Assembly (NCBI GenBank): GCA_047150005.1
Contig: AP038806.1
Span: forward strand, 800,001 to 864,000
Source of the DNA: Nitrospira sp.
Lineage (GTDB): Bacteria; Nitrospirota; Nitrospiria; Nitrospirales; Nitrospiraceae
DNA: 64,000 bases
Reading direction: 5' to 3'
The position numbers and the translations under genes are program-made. Positions 1-9,234 of this stretch are shown piece by piece; position 1 is the stretch's first letter; each line of letters opens with the position of its first letter. The notes under the pieces are model-generated. The model did no database searches, was not told the origin of the DNA, and worked only from the letters and a program-made list of their open reading frames with translations.

Positions 1-23
1 CTCGGAACCGGGAGCTCTACCAC

Positions 24-1202
24 ATGGATGTGCGGACATTGCTCAAGGTGATGGTCGATCAGGAAGCCTCGGATATGTACCTGACCGTCGACGCGCCTCC
101 AACCTATCGCGTTCATGGCTCCACCAAGCCGGCCAACATGCCCCTGTTTACGAACGAGCAGCTCGAGGCACTGGCGCTGGCATTGATGAGAGGTCAACAG
201 CGAGGTGAATTCGAAGAGAAGATGGAGATGAACCTGGCCCTCTACTACAAGGAACTCGGCCGGTTCCGGGTCAATATCTTCCGCCAGCGCGGCAATGTTG
301 GGCTCGTCTTCCGGCACATCAAGGCCGAGATTCAGACGGTGGAACAGTTGAGACTGCCTCCGATCATCAAAGACATCGCCATGACGAAGCGCGGACTTGT
401 CTTGGTCGTGGGCGCAACCGGATCAGGAAAGTCGACCAGCCTCGCCGCCATGATCGATTTCCGCAACGAGGTGCACCCGGGTCATATCATCACCGTCGAG
501 GACCCCATCGAATTCGTCCATAACCACAAACAATCCTTGATCACTCAGCGCGAGGTCGGATTCGACACGCTCTCTTTTCAGAACGCCTTGAAGAACACGC
601 TCCGCCAAGCTCCGGACGTGATCCTGATCGGAGAAATCCGGGACACGGAAACGATGGAAGCCGCCATCACGTTTGCGGAAACCGGTCATCTCTGCATCGG
701 CACCCTTCACTCCAACAACGCCAACCAGGCGATCGAGCGCATCATGAACTTTTTCCCGGTCGAACGGCACGCCCAGATTTATCTGCAGCTCTCGCTCAAC
801 CTGCGCGCGATCATTTCACAGCGGCTGGTGCCGTCCGTCGACGGCAAGCGGGTCCCGGCCCTCGAGATCATGATGGATACCCCGCGCATCAAGGACCTGA
901 TCAAGAAGGCTGAGATCGATACCCTCAAGGAAGCCATGGAGCAAGGCATCGAGGAAGGGTGTCAGACCTTCGATCACGTGCTGCTTCACTTGTATAAGGA
1001 GGAGAAGATCAGCCTCGAACAGGCCCTGATCAATGCCGACAGCGCCAACAACTTGCGGTTGAAAATCAAGCTCGAAGGACTCAAGGGCGATGACGCCATC
1101 AACGCCCTCTTGGACAAGGGGCCCAACGCCACCGGCGAAGGCGCGGCCTTCAAACTGCAAGGCGGCCCCCCAAGCAACGTCACCCCCCTCCGAAAACGCT
1201 GA
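24..1202 (+). CDS. pilU: Type IV pilus retraction ATPase, PilT/PilU family (PilU-like)
   Basis: Walker A GATGSGKST, TVEDPIEF, LRQAPDVILIGEIRD, GHLCIGTLH and HSNNANQAIERI motifs of PilU. Confidence 0.9.
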   Translation: MDVRTLLKVMVDQEASDMYLTVDAPPTYRVHGSTKPANMPLFTNEQLEALALALMRGQQRGEFEEKMEMNLALYYKELGRFRVNIFRQRGNVGLVFRHIKAEIQTVEQLRLPPIIKDIAMTKRGLVLVVGATGSGKSTSLAAMIDFRNEVHPGHIITVEDPIEFVHNHKQSLITQREVGFDTLSFQNALKNTLRQAPDVILIGEIRDTETMEAAITFAETGHLCIGTLHSNNANQAIERIMNFFPVERHAQIYLQLSLNLRAIISQRLVPSVDGKRVPALEIMMDTPRIKDLIKKAEIDTLKEAMEQGIEEGCQTFDHVLLHLYKEEKISLEQALINADSANNLRLKIKLEGLKGDDAINALLDKGPNATGEGAAFKLQGGPPSNVTPLRKR

Positions 1203-1221
1203 ATCCGGCGCGCGCTTGAAC

Positions 1222-1716
1222 CTACCTGACCGACGCGCCGGTCTCCCCCGTTTGCCGTTCCAGATACGAGACGATTTTCTCCAAGGCCAACGCGCTCAAC
1301 TTGGCCCCGTACCAGGTGGGCATAGTGGCGGAGGGATACCCCGGCACCACGAACACACCGGGGTCTATGATCGACTCCGCGATGTACTCGGGAATGGTCG
1401 TGGCCGAGCCGTGATAGGAAGGATCTTTCAAGCGAGCCTCGCCGGTGCGTGCAAGGATCAGCGGCGGCCCGACCCTGCCGTTGGCCCCGGCCACTCCCGG
1501 AATTGCGTGACAGACGGGGCAGCCGGCGCGGGTAAAGATGACCTCGACCGGCTCTTCACCGGTGACAAGTGGAACCATCCCTGCGGCCAACGAGACCTGA
1601 GCGGAATCCTCCAGCGGGGGAGAAGAAGAGGGCGAGGGCGCACGGACGAAGAGGGTCCATAACAGCCCCAGGCCGATGACTGCGACGATCAGAATGCTGA
1701 CAGTTCGGTCAGACAT
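1222..1716 (-). CDS. Membrane-anchored c-type cytochrome
   Basis: N-terminal TM helix, CPVCH heme-binding motif, distal MP (axial Met) motif. Confidence 0.8.
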   Translation of the reverse strand: MSDRTVSILIVAVIGLGLLWTLFVRAPSPSSSPPLEDSAQVSLAAGMVPLVTGEEPVEVIFTRAGCPVCHAIPGVAGANGRVGPPLILARTGEARLKDPSYHGSATTIPEYIAESIIDPGVFVVPGYPSATMPTWYGAKLSALALEKIVSYLERQTGETGASVR

Positions 1717-1825
1717 GCGAGAGGGTCGGTCGACGACGATTTCCAGAGGATGACGGTCCCTACGGCAACGTGACGGGCATGCGGTCGTCCGCCATCATCG
1801 ATTGCGGAGACCGTGGGACGACGCC

Positions 1826-2683
1826 TCATTTGTCCGCAGTCATGGCGCACCGGAACCCAATGGTGCGGTCCTCGAATTCCGGTTCCGCGGAAAACCGGGC
1901 GGTGACGCGGAGCGCCGGCGGCAAGTCGGCCCATGAACCGCCTCGTATCACGCGCTTTTCTCCCTTGGATGGACCGGTCGGATTCTTCTCGGGACTCTGC
2001 TGATAGAATTCACGATCATACCAGTCCGCCACCCACTCCGAGGCGTTTCCCGCCATGTGAGCCAGTCCATAGGGACTCTTGCCTCCGGTCTTGAGACCGT
2101 GGCGTACGCTCATCCCTTCAAGCCCACTCGTGACGGAGACTAAGGTGACGGCCTCACTGACCCATACCCCACGATTATAGTTCGCGATGTCGACAAACGG
2201 CTGCATGTGTCCCCACGGATACCGGCGCCCGTCGGTGCCGCGTGCTGCCTTCTCCCACTCCGCTTCGGTCGGCAGCCGCTTGCCCACCCATTCGCAATAG
2301 GCAGTTGCATCGTCCCATTTCATTCCAACCGCCGGACGGTCCCCGACAGTCGTCGCCGCTTCATCGTCCCATGTGGGAGGTGAATCGTGGTTACCCGATT
2401 CCAGAAACTTCCTGTAGAGACTCAGGGTCACCTCGTATTGATCGATATAGTAGTTGTCCAGCAGAACCTGATGTTCGGGCCGCTCGTTTGGGAGTCCTTC
2501 ATTGCTACCCATTTTGAACGCACCGGCCGGGATCAGAATCATCGGAGCCCCGTCCTTTCCCGCCACCGTCTTGGTGTCTGCCGCCTGCCCGTCCTTCATC
2601 GGCTCCGGTGACGCAGCAGCGAGGGACAACACTCCCACCGCCACGGCCGCAAGGCAATAGCCGAACCTGTATCCATTTTCCAT
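1826..2683 (-). CDS. Formylglycine-generating enzyme (SUMF1/FGE-sulfatase) family protein, secreted
   Basis: F-MG, RLPTEAEWEKAARG, MAGNASEWVADW, RGGSW and GFRC motifs; start placed at MENG after a GGAGGG RBS. Confidence 0.9.
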   Translation of the reverse strand: MENGYRFGYCLAAVAVGVLSLAAASPEPMKDGQAADTKTVAGKDGAPMILIPAGAFKMGSNEGLPNERPEHQVLLDNYYIDQYEVTLSLYRKFLESGNHDSPPTWDDEAATTVGDRPAVGMKWDDATAYCEWVGKRLPTEAEWEKAARGTDGRRYPWGHMQPFVDIANYNRGVWVSEAVTLVSVTSGLEGMSVRHGLKTGGKSPYGLAHMAGNASEWVADWYDREFYQQSPEKNPTGPSKGEKRVIRGGSWADLPPALRVTARFSAEPEFEDRTIGFRCAMTADK

Positions 2684-2968
2684 CGGCCCCTCCATCCGCG
2701 AGAAGTCTGGTCCATGCCAAGGTCCCAAGTCTACTGAGACTGTCGGGCAAACTCAATTGAGTCGCTCATCTCCTGTCCCGCGAGGTTCCTATCCCATGCC
2801 CGCGTACTGTCTCGTCTGTAGGCAACCGACTACAACCTATCCTCCCAAAAAGACAGCGATTAATCGACTTGTCACCTGAATACCTACAGTTTCTTCATAT
2901 GCACGCATTCATCGGACGCGTTTCACCGCTGATTTGCAGGGTTTTCTGCCCTTTGCTTTCTCGCCGCG

Positions 2969-2984
2969 CGGCACACACATTGCG
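2969..2984 (+). promoter_or_regulatory. Sigma54 (-24/-12) promoter candidate for the 3143 gene
   Basis: CGGCACACACATTGCG: GG-N10-GC with GGCAC and TTGC. Confidence 0.6.
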
Positions 2985-3142
2985 TAAGGCCTGCACTGAC
3001 AGTTCGAATAGTTACCCCCTGCGACTTCTTCACGGATCACGAGTTCGCCGACATTCCGGCACAGACTCCTGCCTCCTGTGAGAACCGCCTTCTGCGAGAC
3101 AGTCCGCTGTCCCGTCGAGGAAGAAGCAAAAGGAGTATCGAT

Positions 3143-4051
3143 ATGAAGTGGTTGAACGCGATAGCGGGTGTTCTGATCCTGTGTTCAGGGACAGCAGAAG
3201 CGGCGACATTGACGTGGAACGCCAATACTGAGGCGGACCTCGCGGGATATCGTGTCTACCAATGCAGCGGGACAACCTGCAGCAAATCCACCGGAAGCAT
3301 CCTGACGACATTGGGAAAGGTGACAAGCTTTAATGTCGGAACCCCCGTCGTCACACAATCGTATTTCATCACGGCTTTCGACTCGAAGAACAACGAGTCC
3401 GGCAGCAGCAATGTCGTGACGTATACGGCGTCCGGTTCAACACCTCCGCCTCCCCCACCGTCTTCAATACAGGCGGTCCAGCTGACAGTCGTCGGGAATC
3501 CATCCACAGGACCGTGGGGCGTTTCAGCCACGATTTCTGACACGCGAGATCTTATGGCGAAGGTGCACTTAGATGGTACCTATCACAACACCGAGAACGT
3601 GGCACCATGGAGCTTCCCCACCGATAACGGTGTTTCCGTGACTCTGGCTAAATTCGGCACCGGCATGCATACGGTGGAGTTCATCTTCTATTTGCAGAAC
3701 ACGACGACGGAGGTCGGCCGTGCGAGCATAACCGTACAGGAAGGAACCACGGCTTCCACACCACCGTCAGTGGGGGTCGTCACTCTGATCGTGGTCGGCA
3801 ATCCAGCGACCGGCCCATGGGGTGTCGCAGGGGAAATCAAGGATTCACGAGACGTGATGGCCAAAATCTACCTGGATGGGACGTACCATCACGTCGAAAA
3901 CATATGGCCCTACGGCTTCCCGAGCGACAACGGCGTGACGGCCACAACGGCTAAGTTCGGCAGGGGCTCGCATACGGTACAATTCATCTTTTATCTGCAG
4001 AACACGACGACCGAGATTGGGCGTGCCAGTGTGACGGTCAACGAGGGCTGA
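3143..4051 (+). CDS. Secreted protein: Fn3-like N-terminal domain, Pro linker, two ~94-aa Ig-like repeats
   Basis: Signal peptide; TLTWNANTEADLAGYRVY...YFITAFD...NES Fn3-like signature; two near-identical repeats visible in the translation; AAGGAG RBS. Confidence 0.8.
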   Translation: MKWLNAIAGVLILCSGTAEAATLTWNANTEADLAGYRVYQCSGTTCSKSTGSILTTLGKVTSFNVGTPVVTQSYFITAFDSKNNESGSSNVVTYTASGSTPPPPPPSSIQAVQLTVVGNPSTGPWGVSATISDTRDLMAKVHLDGTYHNTENVAPWSFPTDNGVSVTLAKFGTGMHTVEFIFYLQNTTTEVGRASITVQEGTTASTPPSVGVVTLIVVGNPATGPWGVAGEIKDSRDVMAKIYLDGTYHHVENIWPYGFPSDNGVTATTAKFGRGSHTVQFIFYLQNTTTEIGRASVTVNEG

Positions 4052-4172
4052 GCAGCGGGAAAGCGCTACGTCGCCTCGACGGTTAGAACTGACATTCATA
4101 CAGTCTGTCCAGCCATACGGGCAATGCGTGCGAGCGGATAGTTGGAGTCCCTGACTGTTTCTTCGTGTCGAT

Positions 4173-4204
4173 AGGGCTGAGGTCGCATTGTCGACCTCAG
4201 CCCT
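4173..4204 (+). terminator. Stem-loop, probable terminator
   Basis: Perfect 13-bp stem AGGGCTGAGGTCG/CGACCTCAGCCCT downstream of the 3143-4051 gene. Confidence 0.5.
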
Positions 4205-4373
4205 TGTCGTTTCATCCATTCCTTCCCATTTCTTGTCAGCGAGCCATGCGTGACGAGCCGCATGGCATGGATTGCTGAAGCAATCCCTCATCCGGAGGTG
4301 CATTGACAGCATAGCTGTTCCTGAGGGAGAACTATCAGACCATGCCTATGCGCCGGAGAGAAAGGGGTGTCGT

Positions 4374-4646
4374 ATGAAATCGTTCCTGCTGCTTCTGGCT
4401 GGACTCGCAAGCGTGTCCTGCATCGCAGATCCACGGACGGAGTTCATGGGACCGAATGGCAAGATGGTCGCAGCCGTGAGCTGTAACGGATGGTTCCAAA
4501 CGATGGACGATTGCCGACAACGCGCCGAGGACGTATGCCCGGCAGGGTACGAGCCGATTCGCCTTGCATCAGGAGCCGAGATCGTTTCGAAACGAGGGGG
4601 CGTGGGAGATACACCGTCGCAGAGAATGACGATTGCGTGCCGGTAG
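4374..4646 (+). CDS. Small Cys-rich putative lipoprotein
   Basis: MKSFLLLLAGLASVSC signal/lipobox-like start; C...C...CPAGY pattern; RBS upstream. Confidence 0.6.
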   Translation: MKSFLLLLAGLASVSCIADPRTEFMGPNGKMVAAVSCNGWFQTMDDCRQRAEDVCPAGYEPIRLASGAEIVSKRGGVGDTPSQRMTIACR

Positions 4647-4702
4647 CCGTGACACGGCTGCTCGTGAGTTGACCTGTCTTGTACACCGGAAGGGAGGTTA
4701 CG

Positions 4703-4978
4703 ATGAACAAGGGACGGCTGTTAATGACGATACTCCTGCTCGTCATCACAGGCTGTGAGTCTCACACCTGGCCATTGAGATACACCAATCCGTTGATTGC
4801 CGATGCGAAACAAGGTCAGGATTGTAGGCACCTCGTGTTCGGGTTGGGTGGCATGGCGGATGTGACCGGGACAAAGGCAATGCGCCAGGGCGGGATTACC
4901 ACGCTTCGGAGTGCTGAGTATCAGGTGAACACGATTCAAGGCCTGGGACGCGAGTGCGTCGTCGCGCACGGAGAATAG
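4703..4978 (+). CDS. TRL-like family lipoprotein
   Basis: ITGC lipobox; G-xC...GL...A...GGIT...C-V-GE pattern of TRL-like proteins; GGAGG RBS. Confidence 0.65.
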   Translation: MNKGRLLMTILLLVITGCESHTWPLRYTNPLIADAKQGQDCRHLVFGLGGMADVTGTKAMRQGGITTLRSAEYQVNTIQGLGRECVVAHGE

Positions 4979-5194
4979 CGAGGACAGAATCGTCGGCCTC
5001 TCACCCCTCCCCACGCGTGACCTAATTGTCGTGGAGCGCAGACAATCCGATCATTCTTGGTAGCCCTCGTCCACTTTCCTTGGCTCGTTTTGACAAGTCC
5101 CTCTTCAGTAGCAGACACTGACCAACATCGACTCAACGAGTATGAGCTAGGCACTCGATGAGGCCTATTTCAACGAAGGACCTAGACCCCCACT

Positions 5195-6508
5195 GTGCAA
5201 ACGCCGCTGCAAGCGCTGTCGCGATCCGCTTCGGCCCGCTGTCTTGAGTGGGCTTTTGTCTGTGCGCTCCTGGTGGCCTGCTCCGCAGCCAAAGAGCGAG
5301 AGGCCCTTCCCTCCCTATCGCCAGGACCGCTTGGATGGGAAGTGCCGCCTCTCTTCTCTGCAGCGGGGCTGCTCACACCCCATTGGCTCAAAGGGTTTCA
5401 CCACTCCGTTCAAGACGAAGTGGTGAACGACGGCGCCCAATATCATTTTGTGGTGAGCTCAGGATCCGGGACGTTTCCTGCGGTCGGTCTGCCTATGCTT
5501 CGAACTCAAGTCATAGAAACCGAGGCCATTGCGGCGTTGAAGGATGTGCGTCAATCGGAGGTGTTTGTCGATGCCCTCAAGTTCCAACTATTACACCCCC
5601 TGCAGGGGTTGAAGATTATGCTCACGGAGCCTAGGCGTTTCGGGACGAGTGTCGGGGGCGGAGTCTTGGAGTTTCTCGCCATGCCCGGACAATTTAGCAA
5701 GTTTGAGGGGAGCGACCAGGAAGATTCCATGACGAAATCGGCTATCGGCTTTTCGTATCTGAAGCGAAAAATAGCCTTTCAGTTCGGGGTCGATCCCTAT
5801 TCATCTAATCCTGCTTTGCAGGACGAACTGAATGAATTGAGCTGGGTCGCTTTCACCGCCGATCTCGCCCCTCAGATCGGATATGTGTTTATGCCAGCCA
5901 GCGCCATTATGTGGATGACCTTTAGCGCGACTCGCTGGACGTCCTACCTCGATGAACAGGTCCGCGACCATTCACCGAGCGATCTGCGGACCATGGACCG
6001 AGCTAAATTGCTGAAGATGGGAATCAGTGAAGAGGACATCCATCGGTTCTTCCTCAACAGTCACTATTCACCGAGACACTCGATTGTCATTACGACGGCG
6101 CTAGATGAACTCACCGGTGTTGATGACCGAGAGGCCTTTCTAGCCGTAGCCGGGGAGGCAAATTCTGAGGAACTGGTCTTATTCTACCAGCACGTGGTGG
6201 AAATGATGCGCGGCTATCACGTGCACATAGGAGCCGTTGATCGGCTGCTGGTACTACCGAGAATTCCGGCTCTCTATACCAAGAACAAGACGCTCGTGGT
6301 GATGCTGCCCGTCGACTATTTGTTTTGGACCTCGCGCGTCGCATCGGTCGCTCAGGCCCTGACGACGCATGTACCCAGTCGACCTCGTATCGCCCAGCGA
6401 GAACTCTGGGTCGCCGGGAATGTCTCCCCGCGCGCCAGGCAGGAACTTGAATTGCTTGGATGGACCGTGTACGAGCAGGTCTCAGCAAAGCTTAATCCAG
6501 AATCGTGA
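5195..6508 (+). CDS. Hypothetical lipoprotein
   Basis: 437-aa ORF with LVAC lipobox; start uncertain. Confidence 0.65.
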   Translation: MQTPLQALSRSASARCLEWAFVCALLVACSAAKEREALPSLSPGPLGWEVPPLFSAAGLLTPHWLKGFHHSVQDEVVNDGAQYHFVVSSGSGTFPAVGLPMLRTQVIETEAIAALKDVRQSEVFVDALKFQLLHPLQGLKIMLTEPRRFGTSVGGGVLEFLAMPGQFSKFEGSDQEDSMTKSAIGFSYLKRKIAFQFGVDPYSSNPALQDELNELSWVAFTADLAPQIGYVFMPASAIMWMTFSATRWTSYLDEQVRDHSPSDLRTMDRAKLLKMGISEEDIHRFFLNSHYSPRHSIVITTALDELTGVDDREAFLAVAGEANSEELVLFYQHVVEMMRGYHVHIGAVDRLLVLPRIPALYTKNKTLVVMLPVDYLFWTSRVASVAQALTTHVPSRPRIAQRELWVAGNVSPRARQELELLGWTVYEQVSAKLNPES

Positions 6509-6702
6509 CAGAACACTGATCTGCCTCCATAGCTGGCATCACATACAGCGTTCTACGTCGTCGTCTAACTTCCAACAATTCAACACACAATCCGAGCGCC
6601 TATTACGAGGGTGGGCGAACTGCTTTATCCTCCCCGCTGCCCGGCCTCGATTCATTGCCGCGACTCTACAGGTGGTTAAGGAACGGCGTTGTATAATGGC
6701 GT

Positions 6703-7302
6703 ATGCGCGTCTGGACAATAGTCTGCCTTATGGCTCTCTTGCAGACCGACTGCGCGACGCAAACAGAACTCATTTCAGGACCGTCCGACACACCGGCAAC
6801 AGTTTCTGTGGCCCGTGCGATCGCCATCATCACCGGGGAACGAGGCCGGAAATTTCCGCCAGCCATTCGCTCGCTCGAATTCCTGAACAGAGACACGAAC
6901 GAGCGGTTTCTCGTGCAGACCGAGTCGGACGATAGTCACTTCATGGTCTCGTTGCCACCGGGGGAATACGAGCTTAATCGTGTGCAAATCACTGAAGGTC
7001 CGTTTATGTCCATGGCTCAACTGAATGCACATTTCTCCATCACCGAAACACCGATCACCTATCTGGGAACCTGGCGTTTCGGCATCGATTCTCCCAAGTA
7101 TGGTCGTATGGTGTCGGTGTCAATCATCGAGGATGACGACGAGCGAGCTGACGCTGTTCGAGCTCTCGAGCGTTTGTATCCGGATATGACCGACGCCCTG
7201 ATCGCAACCGTACTACCGGAACCCAGCGAGCAGCAGGTACGGCTGTACGAAGTCGCCCTCTACCCTCGGATTCCACGGTATTTTCGCCGCCACTGGTGGT
7301 AA
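6703..7302 (+). CDS. Hypothetical exported protein/lipoprotein
   Basis: 199-aa ORF with signal peptide ending in Cys; LPPGEY beta-sandwich motif. Confidence 0.7.
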   Translation: MRVWTIVCLMALLQTDCATQTELISGPSDTPATVSVARAIAIITGERGRKFPPAIRSLEFLNRDTNERFLVQTESDDSHFMVSLPPGEYELNRVQITEGPFMSMAQLNAHFSITETPITYLGTWRFGIDSPKYGRMVSVSIIEDDDERADAVRALERLYPDMTDALIATVLPEPSEQQVRLYEVALYPRIPRYFRRHWW

Positions 7303-7363
7303 TGCCGGTCAGGGAAGCCGTGACCTGCTCTCTTCGGGACGGCGCAGGCTCAGAAGAACATGA

Positions 7364-7728
7364 CAGAACAAAGCGCTCGTGATTGAACTCGACCGGTTCA
7401 GCCAGCCGGCGGATGTCGTGGCGTTGGACGAAGCGCGACTGAAGCGGGAACTTCGGAGCCGGGTGAAGGATGCGAAGACCTTGCTCGACCGCCAACGGTC
7501 AGAAGCCCGGCAGGTCCTCCGGAAGCTCTTCCATCAGCCGCTACGGTTTGAAGTGTTCGAAACGGAAGACGGACAGAAGGGCTACAAGGTTACTGGGCAG
7601 GGCTCCTACCTCTCACTGCTGCCAGTACGTGACCTCATTGTGGTGTCCCCAACGGGATTAGAGGCTCTTGTAAAGACCTGAATGCCTCGTGGGGTATCCC
7701 TTTTAAAGGATTTGTGATCGCCGCCTGA
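7364..7728 (+). pseudogene. C-terminal remnant of a site-specific recombinase (large serine recombinase-like) reading through the tRNA-derived att core; one-base deletion frameshift just after the core
   Basis: EARQVLRKLF...F...GYKVTGQGSYLSLL...VVSPTG resembles C-termini of recombinase-family proteins that abut tRNA ends (from memory, not searched); no catalytic domain upstream; one-base deletion GAGGGC to GAGGC relative to the other arm copies. Confidence 0.6.
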
Positions 7729-7860
7729 CCTGCGGTTGACGAATTTCAGAAGATCCAACCTCAGACAACCTAAGCCTGCAAGAGACCACAAACCCGGATG
7801 CTTCCGACATGGGGCCAGATGGCGCCAATTTGTCCTGTCCTGGTAGCAGCGCGGTAGCAG
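7641..7860. repeat. att-like site 1: tRNA-Glu 3'-end core (7641-7659) plus right arm
   Basis: TGGTGTCCCCAACGGGATT identical to 26563-26581; arm aligns with 17056-17274 and ends in TGGTAGCAGCGCGGTAGCAG. Confidence 0.9.
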
Positions 7861-7912
7861 ACGAGGATAGCGAACGGCTCGTTCATTAAGAGGCGGTTTT
7901 CGTCTCAAAGAT

Positions 7913-8684
7913 CTATTGGTTGATATGGGATTGAGCATAGCGCAATGGATCTGGCGAGACCTTGATGAGACCGTCGAATGGCCCATCCAACTCCAACACT
8001 AAGAATAGGGCGCTACTCACCGAAATAGCACAAACGAAAAGGACTGCGAGAACTGTGCCGTTTCGTGGGGAGAACAACCCAAAACTCGTGAACGTAATCG
8101 TGAGCCAGAATACGAGGACAGAAAGGAATAGCACAGGAACAGATGATTGGAGGCCGATGGCCGCGAGCCATTTAGCCTGCAACACCGTTTCAATCAACTC
8201 CGATGCAGCGGGACTGGGCAGCCCGCTGCGAATTATCGCCAGGCTGGAGAGCTCGAATTGCCTCAGCCACCTCTTCCACTGATGCGAAGCTGATTTTCAC
8301 TGGCCGTTGATCCATATGGCCGGATTCTGATAGGTCATGTGACCAAATTGCGTCGATTCGTGCGGCAACTAACTCTTTCAAGCCCTCGCGAATCACGCCG
8401 GTCTCAGATCCGTAACGAGCGAGGGCACGGTCCACAGCGAGGATGTTCATGGCCGCCTGTTTTACTGCTGCACTGCCTGAATCAAACGAGCTTTTGGCAG
8501 CGGCTGTCACGAGGCCTAGAACCAGCGCGGTCATTGTGGCGATCAGCCCGATCCCAACTTTCACGGTGTCTTTAGATTCGGCTTCCACGTGATCCTTGGG
8601 CAAGATGGAACGCAGCCACATGCCCAAGACCACACCCCCGAATACACAGGCGAATACCGCAAGGCTGGCGCCAATAGGACTCAC
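7913..8684 (-). pseudogene. DUF4239-like (bestrophin-like) membrane protein, frameshifted near 8201
   Basis: ORFs 8190-8684 and 7913-8197 join as QSRCIELIETVLQAKW if one G is removed; ALVLGL and LVLELDGPF-G motifs. Confidence 0.7.
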
Positions 8685-8797
8685 CTTGGGATGTCCTTAA
8701 TACCTTCTTCTTAGACCCGTGAATGAATGAGCAACAAACTGCGAACAATCAAGCAGGTGGTACTGTAGCGCGCAGTGAGGTGGCACCCCGGACATCT

Positions 8798-8833
8798 TGT
8801 CCTGATAGCGGCGAGGTGGCACAACGACGATAG
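8798..8833. repeat. Degenerate copy of the right-arm terminal motif
   Basis: TGTCCTGATAGCGGCGAGGTGGCACAACGACGATAG aligns with TGTCCTGGTAGCAGCGCGGTAGCAG-ACGAGGATAG at 7836-7870. Confidence 0.55.
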
Positions 8834-8835
8834 GT

Positions 8836-9222
8836 TCATAGCTGTGCGGCCTCACGGCGGGCAAAATACTGATAGGCGGCCACGCTGAAGAAATTGGTGC
8901 CCACCGCGATGAAATTCCAAAGGACAACGGGGCGTGACCCGATCAACAAGCCATAGTAGACCCACACGATTTGAAACGTGCCCATAATCGCCGCCATTCG
9001 CGGATTCATGCCTTTGCTTGATCTGCGTTTCAGCATGGCGATCAAATCTGGCAGAGCCGCAAAGGTCGTTCCCAATCCTGCGATGAAGCCCACGACTTCT
9101 GAGCGGCGGAACCGGGGGAAGAACAGACTCTCTGTATCCTGGATGCCCAATTCCGCACAGCCTGCAAGACTGGTCACGATACAAAGACAAAACAGGATGT
9201 GGGGTCTTTTTGGAGAATCCAT
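8836..9222 (-). CDS. SemiSWEET/PQ-loop family sugar transporter with N-terminal extension
   Basis: GFIAG-GTTFAALP...SS-G...WVYYGLLI-SRPVVLWN three-helix pattern. Confidence 0.75.
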   Translation of the reverse strand: MDSPKRPHILFCLCIVTSLAGCAELGIQDTESLFFPRFRRSEVVGFIAGLGTTFAALPDLIAMLKRRSSKGMNPRMAAIMGTFQIVWVYYGLLIGSRPVVLWNFIAVGTNFFSVAAYQYFARREAAQL

Positions 9223-9234
9223 CTTAGCTCCGTG

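Noticed and set aside
2990..3140. Riboswitch in the long leader of the 3143 gene
   Set aside because: No known aptamer consensus recognised; an Rfam/Infernal search would be needed
2730..7360. Outer (chromosome-side) att junction of the array
   Set aside because: No further copy of the core was found by eye left of 7641, so the left boundary is undefined
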